Assembly (NCBI GenBank): GCA_043228905.1
Contig: JBHGNT010000001.1
Location: 8,804,001 to 8,868,000, forward strand
DNA: 64,000 bases
DNA from: Azolla caroliniana
Lineage: Eukaryota; Plantae; Polypodiophyta
Direction of reading: 5' to 3'
The position numbers and the translations under genes were made by a program. Each line of letters starts with the position of its first letter. Position 1 is the stretch's first letter. The notes beneath the pieces are model-generated. The model worked only from the letters and a program-made list of their open reading frames with translations, was not told the DNA's origin and did no database searches. Below are positions 47,001-60,278 of this stretch, in pieces.

Positions 47001-49695
47001 TTCATTACTTTAAGGAGTTAATTGGCCCACAATTGTTAAGGACAAATGAGGTGAGTAGAGCATGTCATGAGTTTTATGATGTGGTTGGATGTATTGTGCA
47101 TGACCTCATTGGTCATGAATTGGATGCAGATTTCACTAAGGATGAGGTGGACACAGTTTTAAGGCATCTTCCTAGTGGTAAGAGCCCTGGTTCGGATGGC
47201 TTGACAAATGAAGTTTTTAAGCGATATTCACACATTTTAAAGGGGCCCTTAACTTTGATGTTTCAACATTATTGGGATTCTGGTCATATGCCTCAAGCTT
47301 GGAAGGTTGGTCTAATTAAATTAGTTCCAAAGGTGGCATCTCCAGAGTCATTTCATCAATAGAGACCTATTTCTTTGATGGGGGGGGTGGGTGGGTTGTA
47401 TAAGATATTTAGAAAGGTCTTGGCAAATAGATTACGAAAGTATTTGCCAAAGTTGATACATCCCGCCCAATATGGTTTTATTGCAGGTAGGAATATATGG
47501 CATAATGTGTTGAATATTCAAATGGCCATGGATTATGCTCGAAACACTCATCAAGAATTGATTATGGTGCAATTAGATTCGGAGAAAGGTTATGATCATG
47601 TTAATTGGTCCTTTGTTATTGGGTTAATGCATACAATGGGCTTTGGACCTCGTATGTCTCGCCTCATATTTTTATTAGGACAAGATGCGGTGTCTCGAGT
47701 CATGTTTAATGGAGGAGTTACATTAGATATTGCCCTTACAAGATCCGTTCGTCAAGGATGCCCTATTAGCCCGTTGTTGTTTGCTATTGTTACTCATCCC
47801 TTGTTAGTGATGCTATCAAGGCTTGCAACAAATGGCGATATTGTGGGTCTACACCTTCCGTTTAGAGGGCAATTAGTTGCACAAGCTTTGGTTGATGATT
47901 CTTTCATGTTCTACAAGCCTCACGAGAGAATCTTGAGAAGGGGATGCTTGTATGGAACCAATTTGCATTGGCTTCCGGATTACATATTAATTGGAGGAAA
48001 TCTAGTCTCATATCATGTACTAAAAGGGATTTGGAATGTTTAGGATGGCAAGGATCCGTGGTGAAGAAAGGCTTTATTTTTCGACACTTGGGCTATCCAT
48101 TAGGAATGAATGTTACAAATGGTCAATTGATTGAATGGATGTCTAGTAAGTTGAGGGATAAGTTCATGTATTGGAAATCACAATCTTGGCCATTTCATGT
48201 ACGTTTGAAGCTTGTACAATGTATTATGGAACCTATGATATTATATTACTTGCCATTGCTGTCGTGGACAAAGAAGGCTTTTGCATTCTATTTTGCAACC
48301 TCTTGGATATTTTTTGTGGAAGAAAAGGGATAAGATGGGAATCACTTGGGTTGCATGGAATCATCTAACAACTCCTAAGCGCTTGGGGGGAGATGGAGTA
48401 TTGAATTTATCTAAGCATATGATGGCTTGTAGATTTTCATTATTACAAGACATGTGTTCAAACTCACAACCATGGATATATATTGTTCAATATTTCATTG
48501 AGAACAAGGGTTTAACACATGGGAGGACAACAATTAAGGATTCATGGTGGCAATTACTAAATGGATGTATTTCACTTAGGATTATGGGATCTACATGTGT
48601 TCAACACTTGGTTACCTCATGGCAAGAAGCACTCTTGTTATGTGTATGGAAACCATCATCTAGTACAGAGCATTGTAATTCTTTGCAAAAAGAGTTACTT
48701 GTGTCTTCTCGATTATTATGTTGACCAGGAAAGGAGAGATTATGCTCTCAATTTAATTGTTTGTTTCGTTTGGAGATATAGTTGAGGCTCCATCTCAAAG
48801 AATTTTGGATTTTGTTGAAGCACGACAATTATTACGCATTCCGCCTAATTATGGGTTTATTTGGCAACAACTACGAAATATTCCATTGATGCAAGGTCCC
48901 TTACCTCTACAAACAGGAGAACAACCGTGGATTGATTGGTGTTTAAAGGGACAAACATCATTGTTACAAGTGACTACTAATCTTTTGTATCATTGCTCTG
49001 TTGAGTCTTTTGGATGGTTATCATCTAAGGCTGAAGAAGAATGGAGATTACACAAATTTGATCATGGGTGGTGAAAAATCTTACAACGTAGTTGGCATTC
49101 TAAATTGCCACTTGTAGCAAAGGTCTTCATTTGGAGAGTTTTGATTGGAGGAATGCCTTTGGGATTAGCTTTAAAGCGTCATGGACTAGCAACGGGTAAT
49201 TGCTTTTTTTGCACTGTTCAAATGGAAGATAATACTCATTGATTTATACAATGCCTGATTGCTTCTCAGATTTGGAGTTACATTTCTCAAATTTGGCAAG
49301 TTTTATCACGGTGTTATTTGACACCTAAACAATGGGTGTTTGCACAATTTACACAGGTGGACCCAAAGTCAGAGATGGAGATTGTTTTTCTATTTTTGAG
49401 ATATTGGGGATTGCGTCATAATTGGAATATGCACAACGCTTTTGTATTCGACGGTAGACATGGAGTGAAAGCATATCTACGAAAGTTGAAGGGAGTACTA
49501 ATGTGGTGATTTTCTTTATTGGAGCATGTCGAAATCCTTTCCTCGGTGGAATGTTCGTCTTGCCTATTGGCAATTCAACATGTTCCATTACCCATGTACT
49601 GTAGTCTAGTTAGTGGGTGACCATACTTCATGGTCACACCCATTGTAAGTAGCGTTTTTTACACACATTTATTAATATAATTGTGTGTTTTCACC
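44079..49695 (+). mobile_element. Full-length but decayed L1-clade LINE (ORF1 + APE-RT ORF2)
   Basis: ORF1 remnants 44238-45763 with CFGCGEWGHFMAEC knuckle. ORF2 from ATG 45777: TWNVRG, GDFN, SRLDR, SDHFP, KSPGSDG, RQGCPISPLLF, LVDD, C-terminal CxxC (about 49200). Candidate TSD AAAGAGAGA at 44070-44078 and 49696-49704. Confidence 0.93.
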
Positions 49696-49979
49696 AAAGA
49701 GAGAGAGAGTGTGTGTGTGTGTGAGGGAAAAAGAGATAAAACACAAGTTTGAGGGGTAACTCTTCACTTCTATCGTCCTCGTTCCATTTCATGCCCCATG
49801 GGTGGGGTTTATATACTACATAATGTGACCGTTACATATTCTTACACATGCACACAAATGGGCACGTGTACACACACAGTCGTCTCACACTCACACATTA
49901 CACATTACACACCCACACTATATTCTTTTACCCTTAACCCTCTTGTACATCCCATGTGGGTAACACCTGGCACACCCGT

Positions 49980-50841
49980 TGTCATGGAGGATTCCGGACA
50001 TAAGGAGAAAAGGGAGCTAGGTTCACATGAACGGGGGTGTGCACGGATGCACAGGAGACAATTTGGGGTGTACCAAAATGTGTAAATATTATAGTGTTAG
50101 TTTAAGTGTTGATGAGTACTAGGGAGTGTGATTCGATGGGTACTTTAATGTCCCATAGATAGAGAGGAATAAAAGAAGATATGATGCGAGAGAATCGAGG
50201 AAAGGATGAAGGACAAAAAGTGACTATCTTAACAATATGATGTAATAGTCTCTCTCACTCCTTCAACTATAAAGGGAGGGAGAGAATATTGAGAGAGGAA
50301 TCCCAGTTTTGGAGAACAAAGTGTTGTCTGACCGAGCTCTGCAGACTTCTGTTTCTCTCATTCTCAATTTCAGTTTCTGGTTGTGCTGCGAGGCCTCTGT
50401 TTCGCGCTGGTAGCCCATGTGCTCCCGATCGGAGGCTCGCTAGCATCAATGTATGCGAGTGTGAGGAGTTAGTAGTGTTGTTGTCGGTCGGGTCCGATTG
50501 TAATTCTTTCCCCACTGATTAATAGATTATTATGTTGCCTCCTTGTTCTCGGTTTATCTCCCTTCATGTTGTGTTCTTATCACCATTCCTTCTTGATTTC
50601 GTTTGCATGCCCGAGCGTGTGAGCCCACTGTGCGCCGTCTGACGCTGCTCCAGAACCGGTAAAGCGTATCGCGCCCGTGCGCTCCCCATAAAGCGTTTGA
50701 AAACTTGTTTGGATCAGATACTTGTCTGGACCGCGCTTTGCCGAACTTATCCAGATAGCCCTTCTTCAGTCACTGGCTCCTTGGTCTAAGACCCCGATGG
50801 TCTTGCCATGTTCCAACACTTTCGCACAGAAATCCGCGACA
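49980..50841 (+). mobile_element. Solo LTR with near-perfect 4-bp TSD (CCGT / CCTT)
   Basis: TGTCATGGAGGATTCCGG...TCCGCGACA. TATAAAGGGAGGG at 50268-50280 and AGCCCATGTGCTCCCGAT at 50412-50429, both shared with 1132-2367. Flanks at 49976-49979 and 50842-50845. Confidence 0.8.
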
Positions 50842-52539
50842 CCTTGGGACAGTGCATCACACGTCAAACCCATATGCCCATGCCAAAAAATCGTCGACTA
50901 GAACTCCATTGGTCTTCTCTTCTCTCATCAGTCGGAACTCCTTTCACTGGAACTCTTCTCTTCGATCGGAACATGCTTGACATGAACCTTCCCCTTCTGT
51001 CAACGCACAACACTAACACCAAGCGTTGCAATTGGATCACACACCAATCAACATATTCTCTTTGGCATTTTCTTTGGGTTGTAAAAATTGGGTTTAGTGT
51101 TGTTCATTATATTACATGTAATGACAATGTTGTATTTTTTCATTAGCTTACTTTCATTCTTACTTCATGCATGAGAACCCTCTTTCAACCTTCTCAGGAA
51201 CCATATTCTTATGGTTATTGCATCAGGACCTACCTAAAGGTGAATCAAACCCTGAATTGAATACACGGGTCTCTTCATGAATAGTTGTGCAATGGATTCG
51301 AGAATCCGGGGAAATTTCCTCCAAAGCACACCCATCCAATCCGATAGTCGTTAATGTCCTAAGTGTGGGGAATTGAGACTCAGCGACTGAAGCAACTTAT
51401 CCGACCATCCAATCATGACCGGTTGTTGCCTGATGGTCTAACAACTTGAAAATGGGTGAAGAAAAGTGTTGCTTTGCTTTGCTTTGCTGGATTCACAGAT
51501 TATGGCTAGAAGATGATATTGCCTTCTTGCATGATCCTTCTGAATTTTACCAACGGAATTTCGAAATTCTAGCATTCAATTCTTTCCGCAATCTGAGCCG
51601 CATTAAAGATTATCGTATAATAATCCATGAATATTCAGGCCTTCTTGAAAGTTCAAAAGAAGAACTTTGGTAGCCATTTATATTACACTTTTTACTGCTT
51701 CTTCTTCTTCCGCAGTTTTCTTGCGCTTCATGAAGAAAAGGTGTTGTTTGAAATTGTAGCCTAGAAAATGAATCTCGTATACAATGCTGTGATTACTTTA
51801 TATTGATAAAAAGTCTAGAGAACAATCTGAAATGGGAATACATAAATAATTGTCGGTCATAGAAACGGAAACACATAAATTGTGCAAAAAGTCGCTTCGG
51901 TTGAAATTCCACCACCCACTCAGAGTTTAATTGAAAATTCCATTTCATTATTAAATTGGTTTAGAGTTGATTGTCAAACTCTAGTTAGGAAGTCAGGTCA
52001 GAAGAAAAATATAGCGGAATTACACCGCTTATAGTTTGCACAAGCAAATCCAGACATAGGGAGATCAAATCGAAAGCAATGTAATACTCCATCCTAATAG
52101 AGAGCCTAAAAGCATAACCATTTGATCTCAATAAATGATTTGTAATATTTTTGGGAAGTGTATAAGGGTTCAGATACAAAACGATCAACCTACAATTCGG
52201 ATATGAAACGATCATATTGAGAAACATAGAGGAGGTGCCACCCATCCAATCTAGTTGGATGGTGGACACATGATACAATAGAGTGTGAAAATGTTATACC
52301 ACAATGTCTCCACAAAAGCTTTTGCCATGCTAGTTTCTTGGTCACAAGGACATGCAATGTTACTCGACATATTATCATCATGGGAGGAGAATTACAACTT
52401 GTCAGAGTATCGGGTAAAAAAGGCATGGTGGATTTGTCAAGAAGGAATTCCCTAACATGCCAAAAAAGTCATCAAGGTGAAATGCATTCGATCGCCTCAT
52501 GGGGTTCACGGAAGTCTTGTAAGACCAATGGTGTATCGA

Positions 52540-52691
52540 CACATCCACACACATGTATGTGTGTATGTATGCATACATACATTCACACATACATGCATGC
52601 ATACATAAAAATACATAAATGTATGTATATACATATGCATACTCACACACACATACGTGCATGTATACATACAACCATACATACACATCAT

Positions 52692-52722
<31 letters not shown>

Positions 52723-52785
52723 TACACACACACACACACATACGTACGTACATACATACACAGATACATACAATACATACATGAC
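52540..52785. repeat. Compound (CA)n/(ATAC)n microsatellite
   Basis: Low-complexity CA/TACA run ending about 125 bp upstream of the PP4R2 start codon. Confidence 0.9.
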
Positions 52786-52910
52786 ACAGTGATGAAGTAG
52801 GTTTTGTTTTAACTTTCTGCAGCTAAAGAAACAATACTGTCCGAAGTGGAGGGGAACAGGCCTAGGGTTTCTTCTTCAGTTTTCTTTAGAAAATTTTGCT
52901 TCTTGTCGTG

Positions 52911-55900
52911 ATGAAGGAGAGCTCATCCACATCTCATTCTTCTCCATCTCTAATTATTCCATCTCCATCTCCTTCTGCTTCTGCTTCTGCCTCTTTTTCT
53001 TGCTCTTCTTCTCCGCCACACAATTTCGATGGTTCCTTAGTTCCTCCTCCTCTTTCTGCCTCTTCTTCGACCTCGGATGCTCTGCTTGTTAAGAATGACC
53101 ATCAAACACTTCAAGGTACATTCTTTATTGCGAGTGTTAAGCGAGGGCTAATAGAGAGAACGTGTTCGGTTCATTCCTCTTCATTTGTTTTGAGGCAAGT
53201 AAACGTTTGAACAATTATCTATAAATTTGCAGGGGAGGAGGGAAAGATGGAGGTGGAAGAGAAGATAGAGTTGGAGATCCCGGGAGCCACTAGTCTTACA
53301 AATTTCTGCAGGTAAAGCCTTTACCATCTTCTCTTGTCACATCCAGTAACCGATCACTTCACTCTACGATGCCTATATTTACCAGAGAAAACTTAGTTGT
53401 ACATGGAAATTGTAATCATTGTGGTTCTAGGTTTCATGAACAATGAAAGAAAATTATCATCTTTTCTAAACATTGCGAGATGGAAATTTATTTTACGTGT
53501 AAAAGCATTATTTTTTTGATTCTGTTGAATATGAGAAAGTAGTTACCATTTGATGGTGGAATCATCCTTGTTATTGACCCATATTGCAGAAATGTTCGTT
53601 TACACGTCATTATGTTAAGTACATGAAATAGGCTCCTTTTGCTCAAACACTGCGTTTCTTTTTTACTTACATGTAAAATATGTTTGCTACTAGGACCTAA
53701 ACGAGCAAAGTAGTAATCCTTCAACGAGAATGATATCCTTGAACACACTTATAAAACTAAAATAATAGCGAAAAATGTTTGTCATGATGCTTTTTACTTG
53801 CATATAATTTTTTTTTTGCTATTAGACCTATAAGATCTTCACACATTCTTTAACGAGGAAATCTTCCTTATGCACACTCATAAAGCTGAAACAATAGTAA
53901 AAAGTGTTTTGATGCAATGATCATGTTTTGAAAACTTATGTTTGCCATTTCGTAGAATAGAGGACTATACAAGCACAATAGTTAGCATTCAATGTAAAAT
54001 ATCACATTCTTACCTGCATGATATCTAATTAAAAACTCCATTCTGTTTCCAATTGCTTGATCTCAACTTATTGTGAGATTTATATCTGAAAGCAATGATA
54101 TTTTTCCCATTATCTGTTTGCTGCTGATGGTTGTGAAGATCTATAACAATGGTTATTAGCCAATAAAACATCTATGCTAAATAATACGGGGCATATTCAA
54201 ACCATTAGTTAATATCATCTATGTGCTTATATGTATGTGCATATTTATTTACACAAAACGAGTCAGACTGAATGGGTACCATAGAGGAGGGAGGGAGGGA
54301 GGGAGAGAGAGAGGTGGAAGAGAGATTTCAGTGAGATAGTCAGAGTCTCAGAGAGGGACATAGAGATATCAGAGCAAGATAAAGGAATATAGAGTGGAAG
54401 TGTGTATGAAAGAACGAAAGTGTGAATTCATGGCCATATATGTGACAGAAAATAATAAATTTAGTGAATTAAAACCTTCAGGGAAAAAATAACATTATAC
54501 ACATTTACGATTTTGGATGTTAATGTCACCACACAGTTCCAACCTACAGTGGCTAACTCGAGATGCTCATCAGTAAATGACTTCAGATAGATGCCTCAGC
54601 TAATGCTTGCACATTGCCTTTGTAAAATCTATATTATTCTACTCTCTAGTCCTGACAATGGTTGTGGCGAACATGCAAATTTAATCTGTTGCTGAAATTT
54701 AAGTCGTGCCTTCACTACATCCTTTTTCAATAGAAGGTTAGGCTTGTCCTTAGCCTGAGCAAAGAATGCATGACATGATTATTATTTCTTGCAAAAGTTT
54801 AGCTATGTTACTATCCTTGGCCTTTCAAGGGAGTTGGATATTTCTAGAGTTTTCTCATGTGAATCCATGATTCTTGGGCGGTTTTATCATTGTAACTGTG
54901 GCGATTCAATCTATGGATCAGGTCCGACATGCTTGTTTACTTTCTATTTATGAGGACTTGTACTGTGAACTTAGTATCATGTATACTAATCCTGTGCTTT
55001 GTACGAATGTGGCAAATGTTATATTGTGTGAACTTTGATGTGCACAGTAGAAAAGATCAGATGCCTGACCCGAGTAAGAACCAGTAACAATCTAGGTGTT
55101 CATATATATTATCTCTCTTCATCTCCTTGTATATATCAAATAATCTCTGTTGCTCTTTCAACAGGGAAGATGCATCAGAATTGAAGTTCACAGATGAACT
55201 GAAGCAAATTCTGGAAGTGATAGCATTGACAGGAAACTACTGGTTAGCTCCCTACAGGATTTTGATTTTATTATTTTGACATGTTCTTGTATCAAAATGT
55301 AACATTAAGTTCCTTCAATAAGATTTTCTTGTTTCATTTGGAAATCTTGGTGGTTTCTGTTTCTACAGACATTAGTGTTTTCCTCTCTAGAATGTACTGA
55401 TTTAGTTTCACCTATACATGGCGACTCTTAATTGTATATATCTAATGTTGACATTCTTCTTTCATCTTTTGTATGTTGTAGGCATGAGTGGTCCATGTTA
55501 AAGTGTCTTTTATCATTTCGTTTGAAGCAGGTATGGAGGTATGCATCCATGTTTTTAGTAGATCAACCCTTCTAATAATAAGCAGTTTTGTGATTTCATT
55601 CATTTGGAATATTATCCAGGTATTGACACAATATCATGAATTGTATATTGCATCTGGAGGACAAGAAAGGCTTATTATTGGTGAAACATTCCCTGATCTT
55701 GAGAAGAGACTCCTTGAATGTAATGCTTTCTAGGTACATAACTAATTTTTTGACTTGGAATAAATACACTCACCCATAAGCATTGAAATATCATATTGTT
55801 TCCCTTTTTGTAGGTCTTGACTTATTTGTAGATGGACCTCCATTTACATTGCAACGATTTTGTGAGGTGAAATGGTTTACAATTTTTTAAGTGACATTTC

Positions 55901-56511
55901 CGTATAGAGTTAATATATATTTTCTCTATTGCAGCTACTTTTGAATCCCACTGCCACATATCCAAACATTGATAAAGTGGCGCTAGCATTTGAAAAGGTA
56001 ACTAACTACTACCTTTATACATATCTTATCTGTACCAAATTTGAATGTGTGCAATTTGTTTACATGTAATTGTGTTTACTTCAGTCTTTTTGGTCCTATT
56101 ATATATGTAAATCTTTTGATGACCTATATGCAGCTCCTCTTGGTAACTTCCATTATTCCTGCTTGCAAAGATCCTTACCCTTCTCATATTATAGAAAATA
56201 AAGGTAAGGAAAGCTGCAATCAAGTGGAAGAGATGAGTATTGTGGCAGTTGAAAATGGAGCCCCAGATAAAACTGATGAAGAGATGCTTGAAATGTCATC
56301 AAGTGATGATAATTGTGTAGATGGGAAAAATTTACCTAGTGAGGCATCCATGTCTTTGGAGAATAATGCAATAGCATTAACACCTAAAGATGATCATGTT
56401 ACGGAACAAGATTTTGAAAGAGTTCAGATTCTTAACCAACAACCCCCTTTGATGGATGATGATCTTGTTGATATTCCTTTAGATGATAGAAATCCTGGTA
56501 CATCAGCTTGA
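52911..56511 (+). CDS. PP4R2: Serine/threonine protein phosphatase 4 regulatory subunit 2, about 334 aa
   Basis: Exons 52911-53115, 53233-53311, 55165-55242, 55482-55530, 55620-55719, 55814-55866, 55935-55997, 56134-56511 (GT-AG, in phase). TGNYWHEWSMLKCLLSFRLKQVL and GPPFTLQRFCELLLNP..YPNIDKVALAFEK match the PP4R2 core; acidic C-terminus. The first two exons are less certain. Confidence 0.88.
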
Positions 56512-59209
56512 AGTACCAACTGCACATGGGATCTTTCCATCTTTTTAACCCCTCCCTCCCCCCCAAAGTAGCTGAGAGCAGTTTTTACCATCTTTTAAAA
56601 GTATTTCTCGTTATTGTGCATGCAATTTATCATACACTGATTCCACTGGTGGTGATTGGTTGCCCTACAACTCATAAGCTCTTACAATGGAGTCTTGATT
56701 GATATTTAACCTTGTTTTACAGTGAGTTATTTTGTTCTTTATCTATGTTTTTCTTATGTTTGGCTCAATTCTAAACTTACCTGAAAATTCAAACTTCTTC
56801 AGGAAGCAATTTTTACATGTAACTAGTTATTGAGCTTCAGAGCTTAATTTTTTCAAATTAATTCTAATGCTCACTTTCTATATTTTTCTGGTGTGCTAAT
56901 TTCGAACATTGTTTCTGCTATTAACTCTGTGAATTGCAGAAACTTATAAACCTAAAACCTAGGAAAGTTGATGAAGTCTAACTGAACTGTGGAAAATTGT
57001 AGATGTTGGTAGCTTCTCGTTGGTCTTTCTCATTACAGTGACCTTGTATATAGTCTATAACTGAAACTGTTGAATTAGTCAAATGGCTTTTTAACTGCAC
57101 ACAATGTGACTGAACTGTTACTAAATGGCTGAAAAATATAGATCAGCAGCTTGAAGCTTTTCAAATTGTAGGTATAGTATGGTCAAGCAAATACACAGCC
57201 TGAAGCTCACCCACTGCTTCTTAGTTCTACGCCATCTCTGGGTGCGCCCACATACTAGTGTATGTTCCTAGAGGCGAGTCATGTTATTATTCATGAGAAA
57301 GGTAGAAGAAACAGACTACATGCTTGAAGATAGGCATTGGTGCATACTGTCACCTCTAGGTGTACTCACATACCACTGTATGTTTTTAGTGCTCTAAGTA
57401 GAGATCTTAGAAAATCCTAATAACCTGTCGCACTATCAAACAAATATTTATTTTACCCTCAAGCTAAATTTTGCATTTAGGTATAAGTTGTGGCTTCATC
57501 TAGGCACTATATGGTATAATGTTTTAAATGCTGAGAACATCAGAGATCCAATGCATGTTCAAACAAACAATTGAAGTATGATGGTAATCTGAATCAATGT
57601 CATGACTACTAAGAAGTTCCATTAAAAAGGAAACATTTGCAATCCACCAACCAGAAATAGCAGGAATTGTTGGCATGGTTTCATGTGAAACTATTTGATG
57701 TCTGACTTGGAAGGAAGAAGAAAATAGTTCAAATTTGAGAAAAATGTGAACAAGGGACACAAATAAGAATGAAATGTTGATAGAAACAAAGAGACCTCAC
57801 ATGAGCAAGTTCATTATTATCCCTAAGAGAATTCCATAGAAGGGTGACATCTAAGAGAAATAAAAGCAAATGGGAACAATATTACCCCCACATCTAGTGG
57901 AAAACGCAAACCCTAGGGGGGATATACAAATTGGAGCACAATTTGCTAGTTTAGTAGTAGCCCAAGAACAAAAAAAGCCTAAATGAACAATGGGGGTAGC
58001 TTGGCATCAATTGATTCCAAGATTGGGAGCTCCTAGGTCTAAATAATTCTACATGCATGGACATGCTAAACCTATGCCAAGAGCAAAGGCCAAAGGGGCC
58101 CACTTTTGAAACTTAATTCATGAAATGGAAGAAAATTTGGTTTTACAACTATTGACCCTTGTAGTAATGTTATCCCTTAGGGAAGTATGTAGGTTAATCA
58201 AATGTATAGAATTAGAATAAGGCCTACATTGTGATGACCCTATTTACTCCTTGCAAATGCATGTTAGAGACATTAACTATGTCCAAAAAAGTTCAACATC
58301 TCCATTGCATTACTTAAAGATTGTTACATTTAAGGGATCCATATGCCTCACATTGTTATGAAGATTTGTGATCCATGATAACTAATATTTTGTGATCACA
58401 TACATCTAGTATTTGCCTTCTTTTCATCGAAGATTCAAACAACATGCCCTATGTTGAAGGTCTATGCTCCATGATAACCATTCCTATTCACCCTTCTCAT
58501 ATAAGAGTAGCATTTCCTTTCTTTTCGTGAGTGACTCATATACCATCACTATCACACATGAATACTTATGCTTTGTGATAAAACAACTTGTCCTTGATAT
58601 ATGGCTACTAGCTAGTGGTCGCCTTCGTCGATCTGTGCATTAATGATTCTCAACATGTGATCATTCATATGAGCAATTTGTGTGGGGATGAGCTCTAAAT
58701 TCAAGTACAATTTTGAATCCTTTAATAAAGTTCTTCTATTGGCAACAAACACAAGTTTTTTCTCCATATTCGATTTTTTTTAGTGCCAATATCCTCTCTT
58801 TATTGTTCATATTACTACTAGCTTCCTTACGTTGTTTGATGCCCATAATTTGTTTCTTAAAGAATTTGCATTATCCACAAAAGATCCTTTCTCAGCCCAA
58901 CCAACGATCCAAACTCCTAATGCACATATATATTTATTTGGCTTCTTCCTCAATGATGGACATCTTCATTTTGATCTTATTATAGGGCACCCCCTTATGC
59001 ATTTGACAACATTAATTCACTACATGTATTCCTCTTTATTAGATGGTCTACAAACTACAATGTTCACTTTCTTTTAACTCCTTGGACCACGTCTCCCCAT
59101 GCATGTCCTTAAAAGTATCACTCCCTTTGCACTTATTGTGGTGGATAAGTTGTTGATATAACTTTTGTTTACATTCAAGTGTGGGGTCTTGATTACATGC
59201 ATCTAGCTA

Positions 59210-59406
59210 AGCTTTCAAGCCAATGCTTTCATTTTTGTTGTCCACTAAGCAAATGTGGATTTTAGAGAAATAGCGTTTGCAAATGAAAAATGTTTAGGAC
59301 GGTTTAGTAGCTTTCAAGCCAATGCTTTCATTTTTGTTGTCCACTAAGCAAATGCGGATTTTAGAGAAATAGCGTTTGCAAATGAAAAATGTTTAGGACG
59401 GTTTAC
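59210..59406. repeat. About 99-bp near-perfect tandem duplication
   Basis: AGCTTTCAAGCC...GGACGGTTTA at 59210 and 59309; one substitution and a 1-bp indel. Confidence 0.92.
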
Positions 59407-60278
59407 TAATATATGTGTATGGATATTGAGAACAAAGGCAAGAGTTTCATATTTGTTGATGTTGACACATGTGATTCAGCAAAGCTTCCAGTCTTGAGAC
59501 AAATATTTTAAAGATTTACGTATTGGCATGGAATAACAATGTTGCATTGCATACATTATGGTATATTCTAGTGTAAATTTTTCATGTGCAACTAAACATA
59601 CTTCTCAACTTTGAAAACTCTTTGTATAGTTCAAATCATATATGAAGGTATATGTCAACAAAATTATATGGTATAGTATACACTATTGTAATGTATTGTT
59701 TTTGCTATTATACAAACATCTAAACTTCAAACTTCATTCTAACTCAATTAGAATCACGATATCATGGCATAAGTGCATTTTGATATTTTTGTTTGAATAA
59801 CTTATTCATTCTATCTAATTACCATGATATAAAACTCAAAGAATATGCACACCTAGATATAAAGGACACATTATATCAAAATATACTTTGTAAACAAGTA
59901 TGATATGTTGTTTTACATGAGGCATGTTAAAGAAATGATATTAGATTGTCAACTAAATAGATATATAGCTTTTATGCACATGTTGCTTTTCTATGGCCAA
60001 CACACGACACCATAACTTCATGCAATTGGAGATTTTGTTGATGACTAATTCTCTTTAATTCCCTTGTAAAGTAACAAGTGATGACGTTCCAAGTGTTGAA
60101 ACATGTTTCTAATGTAACTTTGCACTCAGAACTCCGTTTTTAATGATTTTTGGCTCGTTGTGAAGCCCGTTTAGAGAGCTTTCATGGATTATTTGGACGT
60201 TAAGTTTTGTTGTCATTACAAGAAGCTACAAGGAAAATTGTCATAATCTCAGGTTAGTTCTCTCAAATCTCTATTAGG

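Larger units (their letters stand above)
43964..51012 (-). mobile_element. Probable solo LTR (about 560 bp net) hosting a LINE and a second solo LTR
   Basis: Element-oriented TGTTGTGCG...GTAGTCA, with CTAA at 43960-43963 and 51013-51016. TATATAAACCCC on minus near 49804-49815. The (GA) tract continues across the LINE. Confidence 0.5.

Noticed and set aside
52338-52787. Overlapping His/Thr- and Cys/Val-rich ORFs
   Set aside because: Translations of a CA/ATAC microsatellite.
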